Positions 40,126 to 53,609 are shown, counted from the first letter of the stretch. The stretch is DNA of 64,000 bases from Octopus bimaculoides (GCF_001194135.2 NC_068998.1:36406112-36470111), one strand, 5' to 3'. Program-made: numbers and translations. Notes: generated by a model not told the origin, from the letters alone.

Positions 40126-40500
40126 CTTGATTTTTTTTACGTCACTTGTCTCACCAGTATCTTTCTTTTTTATATGCACAAACAACATATACAACAATGG
40201 CAAAATATACAACTATGATGCGCGCGCAATTCGATGCCCACATCAGATAATTGTTAAGGAATCAATTTGAGGCGAGAGATTGACAGAGATCTGTTAAAGT
40301 TACCAGAAGCCACACTGCATCAAGTGGATAGTTCTTGTGGTTAGATAGCATCACAGTTCGGTAGTGAGACCGTTTTCTCTTGCTCAACTTCTCCACATCT
40401 TTTTCTCCAATATGATCATGTATCGAGATGGATTCAGCAAAATTTTCCAGATCCATGAAAGATAATGTTAATGTGAGAATCCCCAAAATAAAACAATGGT

Positions 40501-40572
<72 letters not shown>

Positions 40573-42164
40573 GCACACACAATTGCAAGCAAATTGTAAT
40601 ATAAGTGTTGTAAAGTATACACAATATGCAAGCCATATGTAACATAGAAATCGATTTATTGGTAGAGTGGAAATTATGTTCATTGTATCCAAATATGATA
40701 GTACACCCTGAGCATTTGCTCTTGGCTGTTTTCACATCAGTGTTTAAGAAAATAAAATAATTTGCAGTAGTTATATGATGAGGGGACGTTAAAGATGTGC
40801 GCTGGTTCGTGAAGTCAGTAGTAGTTCTAATTCAAAGTATGCTGAGTTTTGATTTCGAATCAAGAATACATTTAACCTCACTGACTGACCAATCACCTCT
40901 AATGTCCACACAATGGTCATATAAATGTTGCAGATTCCTTTGGTCCTATACAACAGTTGTAAGCATCCAAGACTGAAATACGAAACAGATAGTCCTATCT
41001 TTATACAATGTGCGCGTGTGCGTGTGTGTATCGTGTGTGTATTACATATCTATACATATACATACATACTATACATCCGTCCGTCCGTCCATCCATCCAT
41101 CCATCCATCCCTCCACACCTACACACACACACACACACACATACACACTCACACACAATTTTATTGTAAAATTGAAAGTTATAAACACTTATATCACACA
41201 CCATAACACAAATATGTGTAGAATAATATTCATTGACAAATTGTCCATTCCTTATTGAATTCACCACATAAATTGACGATAAATAACAGAAGTAAATCTT
41301 GCATCAGAACACAAATCTAAATTTAACACAAGCAACATACGTACGTCAAAATTGGTTAAGCTCATAACTGATGGCGTTTTAACCAACGGCCAAACTACTT
41401 GTCTGATAGCATTCAACTCAATCAGTAAAATTCTGGAGGCAGGGCCTGCGTAAATAAGAGTCCCTCACTATTAAAGAGACGCTATAGAAGCCAATGCCAC
41501 TTCGGTTGGACGGTGTATGTGACTGAAAGAGTCATCCTTATCATACGCTATAACACTGATTCTGCTTTATAATTACATTAAAGTAACCATGAATCTTTCT
41601 CTTGTTTCAGTGACTGGACAGCGGCCTTGCTAGAGCATCGCCTTGGCGGCTTAGTTGAACAAATCAGTCCCATTCCTTATTTCGAAATCGGGCACTTAGT
41701 CTATTGGTCTCTTTTGCAGAACTGCTAAGTTACGGAGATGTAAATAAACTAACACCCATGGTGGAAGGAACAAAATCAAACACACACATGCACGGCGGAC
41801 TTCTACGCAGTTTCCGTCCGACAACAATCTATAGTATAAAAGAAATTTGCTCAAAGTGCCATGCAGAACGATTGAACTTGAATCCACGAAATTGTTAAGT
41901 GAGCTTCTTAACTACACAGCAATGCTTGCGTTTATGAATGTGGAATACTCAACCGCTCACACTATGATTCGACGTGGCAGGAGTTGAGTTGATTTAGCAA
42001 CAGAATAGTCATCGTCGAAGCCGACAGAGGACCCAGTTACTTGATTGTTACTTTCATATATCTAATTCCCTCACCATACAAAGAAAGATTATTAATAAGA
42101 TGCGGGCGTGCACACAAATATATTCTATATACTTATATTTAGTCATATTTAAACGTGTATAGAT

Positions 42165-42890
42165 ACAGGTTAGCTGTGTGATAAAAAGTATGCTTCCTAA
42201 CTACATGGTTCCGGGTTCAGTCCCACTGCGTGGAACCTTGGGAAAATGTCTTCTACTATAGCCGCTGACCAAAGCCTTGTGAGTGGACTTGGTAGACATG
42301 CACTTGGTAGACTGGCAAGGTTGCCAGCTTGCTCGATGGCAAGTGGGTCCCTCCGCCATTAGAATCCATATATGGGGACCCATAAGGGGTCCATCCCTTC
42401 AAGTTTGAAAATTTGAGAATTTTTTATTCACTCCTGGAAGAATGCTTTAATTATTTCAGCCTGGCTGTGTTTGAAAAGAATACTTTTAACATAAAAAAAA
42501 TAAATAAATTATAGCATTGTAGTTGCGGGTGGGCCCCGTTAATCTCCTGGCAACCAATATTTTTAGATCCAGTCCACCACTGTACATACATACATACATA
42601 CATATACATATATATTTGTGTGTGTGTGTGCATGTGTGTGTATGTATGTGTGTATGTGTGTGCGGTGCGTGTGTCTTTGTGCTTGTGTTTGTCCCCCACC
42701 ACAACCGGTGTTGGCGTGTTTATGTCCTTGTAACCTAGATGCTCGGAAAGAGGGACCGATAGGATAAGTACCAGGCTTAAAAAAGAAAATAAATACTGGG
42801 GTCGATTAGTTCGACTAAAATTCCTCCAGGCAGTGCTCCAGCATGACCGTAGTCTAATGACTGAAACAAAAGATAAAAGATTCACTACAT
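42165..42890 (+). mobile_element. SINE family B interrupted by a ~280-bp insert
   Basis: 5' arm 42165-42297, foreign insert, (TACA)(TG)n, 3' arm from about 42680. Confidence 0.78.
42301..42582. mobile_element. Putative MITE with imperfect terminal inverted repeats
   Basis: Left cacttggtagactgg..ggttgccag..gggtccctccgc versus RC of right cagtggtggactgg..ggttgccag..gggcccacccgc; right end followed by TA. Confidence 0.4.
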
Positions 42891-42956
42891 TGTATAAATA
42901 CAACTACGCATACATGCCTGTCTGTCTGTCTATCTATTTGTCTATCTATCTATCTG

Positions 42957-43008
<52 letters not shown>

Positions 43009-44961
43009 CCTACCCGCTCTCTCGATATATACGTTTGTGCGTGTGCATGCGTATATACGAGTATGTTTGTGTGTGTGTGTGTGTGTGTGAGTGAGACAGA
43101 GAGGTTATGTTTGAATTTCAAGTTTATGTGTTTCCTTATATAATCTCTGAGAAATTTTAGGCTCCTCTGATCATAATTCACAAGAATATCGAAATAATGT
43201 CGACGGAAGTTCACAGGCTTATTCCTGCTTTGATCTATTGCTAACACAGACGAGTATCTCATGCTGATTTGGAACGGTGAATGGAGAGTTGGCTGACGTT
43301 TTTATTGGTTGATTCGCTGGTTGGTTGAAGGATCAAATCGAAGCTCGTATGATCGCGTAATAAGCAACTTTCGTTATTTAACATTAACAAGTATAACTGA
43401 AGGTTATCCAACCAAATTAGGAGACAAAAAAGAACTTCCTCTAAGACGTTTTACAAATTTAAAAGAAACAATCAAGGAAAGTAATTGAAATAAGAACAGC
43501 CGATAGAAATGTTTGCACAATATGGACAAAAGTGATTACAAAAGATTATAATAAACCCTTCGATTTTATCAGCTTTCCTCAGCGAAGAGTATTTTAATCA
43601 GATGGGAAGACTAATAATGATCAAGGCACATAGAAACAGAAGAACTGTATTGACTATTGATACTAGAGTGACGATTTTAAAATCGTAGTAAAAGATAAAA
43701 GATACAACTAAATATTTTGAAAATACATCATGTCTCGTGGTTACCCTTTTTTGCGAGTGGTATGTCTTAAGTGTATGCTTATAAAACATTGTACTGTGCT
43801 TTTAGTGTTGATTCCATCGTTAATCGTATTTTTTTGAGGGAATACTGAATGGAATACATGTATCATTGTCTGTTTTCCTGTCTAGGTTTCATCTTGTGAA
43901 TTAATGCGCCTCGTCTTTGGCAGGAGTACATAGTGAGTTATGCGAAGATTGACGCATACGTTTGGTTGATAAAGCAGTTAGAGTCTTGAAGTTTACAACT
44001 TTCGCATTTGCAAATCAAATCCGTTGTTGTTCTGTTCCATTTCAGGCTTGTTTGAATAGAGCTATGATCAAAAGTGTTACAGTCTCAACTTCCTCGTATT
44101 TTTAGGGCATACCTACAATATATTTACCAATGTCCTTCACTTTTTAGTGACTCTAGAAGGCTTTTGAAAGACGGATGACAACTATTTCTAGCCGGTTGAG
44201 AGGCTGCAAAAAAGGTATCCTCCATCACATGGCCTGGTTTCAAGTATACGGACGTGATTGTCGCCGATAAGAAGGTTTTCAATGTTAGTGTTTTCATAGA
44301 ATATGAGTAGTGTTAGATTGTTGTTAGCTGTAGTACAATCTTTTTTTCAACTGGAAAATATCAAACTTACTCCAGCCCAAAATATGTAGAAGTTCTCCTC
44401 TCTTTGATAATAAGAAGTCAAAATAGATTTGCATTCATATAAGTCTTCTCCACGTTGATAGAAAAACTTCAAAGACTCGAAAAACATTTTAATTTTATTT
44501 ACGAAGGCAATGTTTCATTTTACTTTTCATTCCTCACAGCGTCTGTTATGAAAAGACATTGATATAATGCATTTTATATTCAGTTATATAAGATTTTGAA
44601 ATGTATTTATCTATTCTAAAGTTAGTATGCATTTAATTCATGGAATACACTTAATGTAGAGCCTATGTAATTTGAATAGGTGTCATGTTTATCTTCTATC
44701 CTTTAATTGATTCGGTTACTGGACGTCGGCCAAACTGGAGCACCACCACAAAGTGCTTCGTCGTACGAATACGACACCAGTATTTACTTTTTAAAGTCTG
44801 GTAGTTATTCTATCGGTCTTTTGTGCCGAGCAGTAACTTCAAGAGGACATAAACAAACCAATGTTAAATTTCAAGCAGTAGAGAAAACACATACACGCAC
44901 ACGCACACGCGCGCACACACACACACATACAGACGCACATGCAAATATACATAAATACACT

Positions 44962-45017
<56 letters not shown>

Positions 45018-45647
45018 CATATATTAGGGTGTTATAAAAACCTACATTGCTAGAAATAAGAGCTAAGATGCTCTAATGAATATATACATATGTACAGACT
45101 GGGACTACAGTTGTCCTATATATATNNNNNNNNNNNNNNNNNNNNNNNNNNNNNNNNNNNNNNNNNNNNNNNNNNNNNNNNNNNNNNNNNNNNNNNNNNN
45201 NNNNNNNNNNNNNNNNNNNNNNNNNNNNNNNNNNNNNNNNNNNNNNNNNNNNNNNNNNNNNNNNNNNNNNNNNNNNNNNNNNNNNNNNNNNNNNNNNNNN
45301 NNNNNNNNNNNNNNNNNNNNNNNNNNNNNNNNNNNNNNCACACACACACACATATATATATACATATATACATGTAAATATATAGATGTATAGATATGTA
45401 TGTGTGTATGTGTGTGTATTGGTGTATGATACGCTTCCACACACTTTCAGTTCATCAAATTCAATCACAAATTTGCTCAAGGCTATGGTAGAAGATACTT
45501 GCCGAAGGGTCCACTTAGTGGGACTGAACATGAAAGTATGTTGTTGCCAAACAAGTTTCTTCACCTCACAGCCATATCTGTTCGATGTACTTATTTCGTA
45601 TTCATGACGAAAGCAACATAGTACAAAAAGTGTTAAAATAAACACAC

Positions 45648-45699
<52 letters not shown>

Positions 45700-46167
45700 A
45701 ACACACACACACGCATATATACATATATATAACTGGCACTCCGTCCAGTTGATCAGATGATCGGGACAGCCTGCTCGGGAAATAAAGTGTCATGTACAAG
45801 GACACAAGGTGCACCGCTGGGAATCGAACTCACGACCTTACGAACGTGAGCCGATTACCCTAACCCTGTGTATGTGTGTATGCATACACATACACACACA
45901 ATGAGTGAGGGTGGGGGGTCAAACTGTTATAAATATCCTACACAAATTGGGACATGGCAAAATAAAAATGAAAAGAAAATCCACCATCCATTTTACATAA
46001 CAGTTAATTCCAAACTTTTATTGCATTTAAATTATTTCAAAATACATTATTAGATAATCCAAAATATCTTATGATACCCAGAATGTATTACAACAATGAA
46101 ATAATACCAAGATGAATCGTTAACATAACGATTACACATATATTTGCAATATTAAACATATTTTAAG

Positions 46168-46420
46168 GGCGGCGAGCTGGCAGAACCATTAGGTCTCCTC
46201 AGCGAAGCCTATTTTAATGAGATGGGCAGACTAACAATGGTGAATGCACATAGAAACATTTCAACCGTATTTACGTTCTGAATTCAAATTCCGCCGTGGT
46301 CGACATTGCCTTTCATGCGTTCGGGGTCGGTAAAATAAGTTCCAGATGAGCACTGACGTCGACGTAATCGACCTACCCCGTCACCTAAATTTCTGGCCTT
46401 GTGCCAAAATTTGAAGCCAA
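46168..46420 (+). mobile_element. SINE family A (A1 tail) with an altered internal segment
   Basis: Head ggcggcgagctggcagaacc, core, tail aatttctggccttgtgccaaaatttgaagcc. Confidence 0.8.
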
Positions 46421-46630
46421 CATTACATGTATATTCCGTTTATAAAGAAAATGCAACTCGGTATGTTACATAAAGTCAGTTTTATTGTCGGATTTAGATT
46501 CTACAGCTTTAAAGAGCGTTACCTAAAGTTTCCTAAGCCAAGGCAATCTTGAAATGGAGCTGGTTGATGGAGGTTTTTCCACTTTTATGAGTCATTGTGT
46601 TACCAACTTCTAGTTGATTACATCCGGAAA

Positions 46631-46760
46631 GGCGAGCACTGAACTCTCAGAATGACGGTGAGCAATGGACTCTCAGATTGACGGCGAGCAATGAACTCTT
46701 AGAATGACGGCGAGCAATGAACTCTCGGAATGACGACGAGCAATGAACTCTCGGAATGAC
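46631..46760. repeat. Minisatellite, five 26-bp units (ggcgagcaatgaactctcagaatgac)
   Basis: Contiguous imperfect units without spacers. Confidence 0.92.
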
Positions 46761-47154
46761 TGTTTCTCAGTCTGGTTTAAGTAATCTACTGAAAGTTAAG
46801 ACGTATTCTATGCTACTGTTTGCTCAGCGTTTTTACTTTACATTTGAAATATTTTCATGTCTTTAATAAATTTGATATCTCTCGCCTTTATAGAGATTGT
46901 AAAAATGTGTGTGGTTCGCATATTTCATACCTAAACGGTAATACCACCTGGAAATAAGCATTTGGTCCCAGTCAATGGATTACTTCCTTTCAGTGGATAA
47001 AATTCCTTACCGATCGTAAATGTCATGAAAAATGTTGTTTTGCTCTTCTTCTGTGACAAAAGCATAATCTAAACAAAAAATCTTGTCCACAAATCTGGTA
47101 GATATTGCCAGCTACCACGTGGGGTTAACAGTTTAAAATACATTTGCAGATGAA

Positions 47155-47880
47155 ATACTTGGACATAGTCAGTGTTGTATCCTGTGGTTACTGAATGTTT
47201 CGGATCGTACGACATATACCCTGATGTAAGTGATCCGACTAAGAGTGTTAAGGACTTCTACCAACCCCACGAATCATCTCTATTTTGCCAAGACCATTTA
47301 GATACTTTACCAGCAGCTTCAACATTGTTCTTGGTGGTGATTCTGTTCGCATCTGTAACGTCCGGGGCTCCATAAATCCTACGTTCTGAATTCAAATTCA
47401 AGGGTACGACTGCGAACCTTTGACTTCCAACCTCTAATGGCAACCATCTCATTCTCTATCCATTCTTGCAGCAGTCCTTCACCAACCTCTGGTACTTAGT
47501 TCTCTTGCGATTCCTTCCACCTCTCTTCCTAGAGCACAGTTTATTCAAATAAGATTAACGCTTTCTTGCTCGGAAACTAAAATGGCATTAGATACTTCGC
47601 TGTGATAAATTAAATCTATATAACTGATTCAGTCGACGAACCATAAGCCATCATTTCAGTAGACTAATTCTCTTGGCCATTTCGATTGTGTGAATAACAG
47701 AAACATAGACTGAAATAGATATAAAAGAAATTTATTCCAGAATTATTTACTGAAGATTTAAATCATTTCTTCTGTAATTTTCCTTTTGATAATATCTTTG
47801 ATGTCTTATATTTCTGCAAGTGATAACTTGTATCGGTTTACAGATCTTACATGTCTCAGTGATGCAGCAGCTGAAATTGT
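47155..47880 (-). pseudogene. Hero-like (R2-group, RLE) LINE 3' end with 3' UTR
   Basis: LILFE*TVL*EER, KYQRLVKDCCKNG*RMRWLPLEVGSQRFA, VEAAGKVSKWSWQNRDDSW match the recalled Hero C-terminus (LELTVPWEER, KY..LV..C...GW.....P.EVGCRGF, EAAE.AS.WLW). Confidence 0.65.
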
Positions 47881-48174
47881 CGGCAAAAACAGATAATGTC
47901 GTTGTTTTGAAATCTAAATATTTTTTTTAGTACTCAACTTTCGAGTAGAAGCAGCATTAGCGTATTTTGGTGGGAACTACCTCATTACTATCTCTATGGT
48001 TTAAATCTATACCTGAGACAGTTATACCAGTGGCTGTACCACAGTAACACCTGTTTAAATTTGTTATATGCAATAGAAGCAGCATTAGATTAAAATAGCA
48101 TTCATGTATCACACTCAATATAAATACAACGTTGCATTCGCAATATAGTGAATGGTCTATTCCCTGACCTTTAA

Positions 48175-48262
48175 AAATCGGTGATGAATCTTGTCGAAAC
48201 ATGTGGTTAACTATTAATATACATTATTGATAAGGCCTAAGGAGACCGAAATGCATCAGACG
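48175..48262 (+). ncRNA. Two decayed minimal type-I hammerhead-like motifs in tandem
   Basis: gtgatga-atcttgtc-gaaacatgt and ttgataag-gcctaaggagacc-gaaatgcatc; palindromic stem III segments; the cores carry substitutions. Confidence 0.35.
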
Positions 48263-48781
48263 TTTACGCTAACCAGTGCTAGGACAATTTTCGTCTCCCT
48301 CTGATATGTGTACATAGTGGTTACGTTGTTGCATTGATGCACTCGACAAAAAAGATAGAAAAGAAATTTGTTACACAGCGTTATAGCATATTCTACTAAG
48401 CCGGTTATCTGCCCATTTATAGCTTGTTGTTATTGCTCCCCTTTAAAATTCAGACTAAACCTGTTTAAACGTAGCTGTTATCAAAGCATTCTAACCGTGA
48501 CCATCATGTTGTTTCAAGTGTGTACATGACTACATTATCGAATGTGTAACTTCCCTTATTACAAACAGTGGGCTATGACATGAGCGTAGAGTTTCAGAGG
48601 TAGCCTTGCTGATTCTCTGGTACCCTCCTCATGTTAGTCTGAGAAGCATGCTCGTTGGTACAAGAGACACTCTTACTGACACCATAGGGTTCTCCGTTAG
48701 ATATACAGTTTACGGGGTTTAGAAAACACTATAACAGGAAATTCTCCAAGATCAAGCTTATCAAGAGAAAATATTTATTCA

Positions 48782-48815
<34 letters not shown>

Positions 48816-49004
48816 CTACACAAACACGCTCATATATATATACACACATACGCACACATATGTGTATGTATATACAATAATGGATAAATATACATCCATC
48901 TGCATATATGAGTATATATGTGTGTGTGTATGTATCTCTATCTATTCATGTCTCTCTCGCTATATATATGTATATATACATACATGCACATATTCATATG
49001 TATG

Positions 49005-49037
<33 letters not shown>

Positions 49038-50930
49038 ATGTATACGCATGTATGCATATATACATGTGTGTGTATGTATATATGTAATCTATGTACCTAT
49101 GTACATACACATATGCACACACGAGAGGTTTTCAGATCACAAATATTCCGGTATGCACCTGCTGTGATTGTACGGTTCAACGGAAATGCGTGCACAACTA
49201 ACAATCCTTGATAGCCATCATGCTGAGTCTGTCTACAAATAGGCTTCATACTATCTATTCGAGTCGTGTTAGAACAGCTTTGCTATTTTTACTGTGGCTG
49301 ACAAATTCAAGAACTGTCCCTCCCTGAAATTTTGCTGAATCTTAGCAAATGCACTTGGGAGAACCTCAGTAAAGTATTAAGCAAAGGGTCTTTATTCCGA
49401 ATTAAATTTTATTGAGGCGCACATAGTTTCAAATCGTATGTGTGTCTTCATAATAGTGAACAATCAGGATGAGCAGTTTCAATTAAAAGGCTAGAAAGCC
49501 TGAAAGGAAAAATGATCGTGATCTTATCCATGGGGATAATCGCCGAATAATGTATCATCTCCCTAATAACGTATCAACTCCCTTACATAATTGGAACCGG
49601 TTAACTATAAAGTCTCACACGAAAAAATGGAATATTCATTGCGATGCTGCGAAAGTTAGGTTCCTCCGCACTTTTCGACTCGTAAACAAAATCAACGGCG
49701 TCTTTGCGTGTGTTTCACGAAGCTCAAGGCTGAAACTTCACAAATTGCAACTTCGTTTTTCCACGTTTTGTTGATTGTCAATGAATAACAGAAATAAATA
49801 AATGAAACATTTATTTGCATACGAAATTAAAAAAAGAAAAAAAACTGAATGTAGGCGATAATACAAGGTTGNNNNNNNNNNNNNNNNNNNNNNNNNNNNN
49901 NNNNNNNNNNNNNNNNNNNNNNNNNNNNNNNNNNNNNNNNNNNNNNNNNNNNNNNNNNNNNNNNNNNNNNNNNNNNNNNNNNNNNNNNNNNNNNNNNNNN
50001 NNNNNNNNNNNNNNNNNNNNNNNNNNNNNNNNNNNNNNNNNNNNNNNNNNNNNNNNNNNNNNNNNNNNNNNNNNNNNNNNNNNNNNNNNNNNNNNNNNNN
50101 NNNNNNNNNNNNNNNNNNNNNNNNNNNNNNNNNNNNNNNNNNNNNNNNNNNNNNNNNNNNNNNNNNNNNNNNNNNNNNNNNNNNNNNNNNNNNNNNNNNN
50201 NNNNNNNNNNNNNNNNNNNNNNNNNNNNNNNNNNNNNNNNNNNNNNNNNNNNNNNNNNNNNNNNNNNNNNNNNNNNNNNNNNNNNNNNNNNNNNNNNNNN
50301 NNNNNNNNNNNNNNNNNNNNNNNNNNNNNNNNNNNNNNNNNNNNNNNNNNNNNNNNNNNNNNNNNNNNNNNNNNNNNNNNNNNNNNNNNNNNNNNNNNNN
50401 NNNNNNNNNNNNNNNNNNNNNNNNNNNNNNNNNNNNNNNNNNNNNNNNNNNNNNNNNNNNNNNNNNNNNNNNNNNNNNNNNNNNNNNNNNNNNNNNNNNN
50501 NNNNNNNNNNNNNNNNNNNNNNNNNNNNNNNNNNNNNNNNNNNNNNNNNNNNNNNNNNNNNNNNNNNNNNNNNNNNNNNNNNNNNNNNNNNNNNNNNNNN
50601 NNNNNNNNNNNNNNNNNNNNNNNNNNNNNNNNNNNNNNNNNNNNNNNNNNNNNNNNNNNNNNNNNNNNNNNNNNNNNNNNNNNNNNNNNNNNNNNNNNNN
50701 NNNNNNNNNNNNNNNNNNNNNNNTATATATATATATATATATGAGTTCCGATGCACGAGAATCTCGGACCTTGAGTCACTTTGTATATAAAAATATACAT
50801 ATACTCATATTCTGACTTCTGTTTTTCCTGTTTGCACCAACATCCTTATATATATTTGTATGTGTATGTATGTATGTATGTATATGTGTGTGTGTGTGTG
50901 TTTGTGTATGTGTGTATGTATGTATGTATT

Positions 50931-52037
50931 TATGTCATTCAGCTTTATTTCAAGATTTCTTGCCAATTGAGAAAATGCCAGTTTCTAACTTCGATCCAAG
51001 GTTCTTTAATTGGAATTTCAGTATCAGCAGGGTATTTTTGTATGTGTGTATGTGTATGTGTATGTGTACACATTTGTACGTCTTGTTATATGTATATTCT
51101 TTTATGCATATATTTGCATATCTAGACATGCTTATATATGCTTAAATGGTAAACTTCTGGAAAGTTTTACGGATTTTTATAGTCCACTAGTGGCTTAGAT
51201 CTGTAATTTTCGAATCAGCTTACTCCTTTCCCGGTTTCGATAAGCCTAATTTCTCAAGATTCATATTTATGCAGTGTGTAATATCTCAGAGCTCCAATAT
51301 TTACAGGTATGAACCTGAACTTGTGATCTGGATAGAGTAACTGAAGATTTCTCGATAGTTCAGCGTAGCCATTTTTTTTTTTCGCTCATCTCTTTATGAT
51401 GACATCTGCTGGGCAGCTGATTCCCACAACTGTATGCAGCTTCTGTTTTTTTTAATCACAAATCATTATGTCAGATCTATTGTGTTCACATTTTATTGAA
51501 GTTTTCATCGTCATATTCTACCAGTACTCCTTTTTTATGAACCCAATATACTGTGGCTTCTTATTTCTTTGTCCCCGGGGTTATCCTTCCGACGTGTCTC
51601 GTTATACAGTGTCTCAGCTACAACATCATGTCTCATCAGTAGATATACCATGGTGACATTTTCGGACAACTGCTTATGATATAGGTGATATCTCCGGTGT
51701 CAACTCCACAAAGTGTGCATCAGTTGTCACATGTTGTTGCTTCTCCTGCATCCCTATCCCTTTTGTGCATCAGGTATTTGGTTGATATTTCCTGTTCCTG
51801 GATTGCAAACACATACCCTTCAAATCTGAAGGGAGTAATCCGGTTGTTGTTCCACGACAGACCGCTTTGACGATCGATATTTCTATCATCTCGGAGCTTT
51901 CAACCAACATATCCATGCATGGTCATCTGCTGATATACGCTCATCCTTTCACGTTGCGGTAAAGTCGTGCGACTCCTTTGGGTTTGTATTTATGGTTATC
52001 AGACAAGGAATGCTGCTCAAGAAACTGCTTTCCAAGT
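50931..52037 (-). mobile_element. R4-clade LINE 3' 1.1 kb (CCHC, RLE, 3' UTR) ending at (TACA)n
   Basis: YQQMTMHGY, FEGYVFAIQEQEISTKY, CTLCGVDTGDITYIISSCPK, RNLQLLYPDHKFRFIPVNIGAL, IRKTFQKFTI*; 3' UTR ends ggcaagaaatcttgaaataaagctgaatgacata next to (ATAC)n. Confidence 0.82.
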
Positions 52038-52207
52038 CTTTGCATTATATTCTTGCCTTCCTTGAAATGTATGGCTTTTTCTTCTCACAGAAAAACCCAA
52101 TATTATTGATGCCACGAAGGAAACGGAAACAAGAAAACTTAAGATCTTGAAGTACCGATTCCGAATCACACTTTTGATTCTCAGTTTAACTTATTTCATT
52201 TCCGTTG
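52038..52207 (-). repeat. Inverted repeat arm 1 (pairs with 53186-53356)
   Basis: 52142-52207 is the exact RC of 53186-53251; the outer ~105 bp align with scattered mismatches. Confidence 0.95.
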
Positions 52208-52307
52208 CCATCATTCTCATGTATGTATGTATGTATATATGTATGTATGTATGTACGTACGTATGTACGTACGTATGTACGTACGTATGTATGTTTGTAT
52301 AAGCCTT

Positions 52308-52338
<31 letters not shown>

Positions 52339-53033
52339 GTGCGCGCGTGCGCGCCTATACTTGTCACCCTCGCACCACTTGGCTGCAAGTGTTGGTTTGT
52401 TGACGTTCTTGTAACGCAGCTTTTCTGCACAAGTGACCAATAGAATAAGCACCAAAAAATGAGTATTGGTGTCGATCTGTTCGTCTAAAACCTTCGAAGG
52501 TGGTGCTCCAAAATGACCACAGTTTAATGGCTGAAACATGTAAAAATAAAGCAAAAATAACATTAACAATTTAAAACGTTTGCATCTGTTTGTGACAGAT
52601 CTACCACTAGTTATCTTGAAATATTATTTCACGGAAGATGACCGATCTATGACAACATTGTGGATATAAGGTACGGTTAATAAAGCAAATTTCACATTTG
52701 CTTAGAAATGTCTAACTATTTGTTACATGCCGGACAGTCTTCTATTATAGATGCAGCAAACAAAATATTCAACAAAGGTTCTGCCTTTTCTAAACGTACA
52801 TGATATACTCAATATTTTTAGTGTTTATTCCCCAGAAATAGGATGTTTTTTATTTAAATATTTCAAAATTTCTAGAGATTGAACACTGTAGATATTTGTA
52901 GAATACTATATCGCTGTTCAGCAAACACAAAAAGTTTTCTACTGCTAAGGTGAATCTTCTCATTGAAAGATTTTTGTAATAAAACTTGTTATAAAACTTG
53001 TTATTTATATGCATATATCCATACACGCCACAA

Positions 53034-53101
<68 letters not shown>

Positions 53102-53185
53102 ACACATACACACATACACAAACACATACTAGTAAAAATATAATTTCGAATTTGTCATGTTCAGGCCTCACCAAAAGGCTGTAAA

Positions 53186-53356
53186 CAACGGAAATGAAAT
53201 AAGTTAAACTGAGAATCAAAAGTGTGATTCGGAATCGGTACTTCAAGATCTAAAGCTTCCTTGTTTCCGTTTCCTTCGTGGCATCAAAAACATTGGTTTC
53301 TTTTGTGAGAAGAAAAAAAACATATGTTTTCAGAAAGGCAAGAATATAATGTAAAG
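53186..53356 (+). repeat. Inverted repeat arm 2
   Basis: caacggaaatgaaataagttaaactgagaatcaaaagtgtgattcggaatcggtacttcaagatct... Confidence 0.95.
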
Positions 53357-53609
53357 TTCTCTTTTCTGTTTTACGTTTTGCTTTTTTGCTCAAAGAAATT
53401 CGAAGTTCGATCATCTGAAACTGGTGTATTGACTATTTTTGATTTGTTGTCTATCAGAATAGCTGAACAGAAATTACCAAACATGCGTACGTATATAATA
53501 CGCATGTCTGTGCATAGGCGCAGACAAGGCTGTGTACAACTACAGGCATGTCTGAATATAGATCTATAGTTGCGATCATGGCTGTGTATAGAGGCAGGCA
53601 AGGTTATGT

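Noticed and set aside
40262-40500. Open frame MDLENFAESISIHDH...
   Set aside because: The ORF runs out of a (GT)n array; no acceptor site and no family match.
46631-46760. CRISPR-like array
   Set aside because: Units are contiguous with no unique spacers, there are no cas genes, and the context is eukaryotic.
47150-47225. Plus-strand exon candidate
   Set aside because: Overlaps the antisense Hero-like 3' UTR; likely chance splice motifs.
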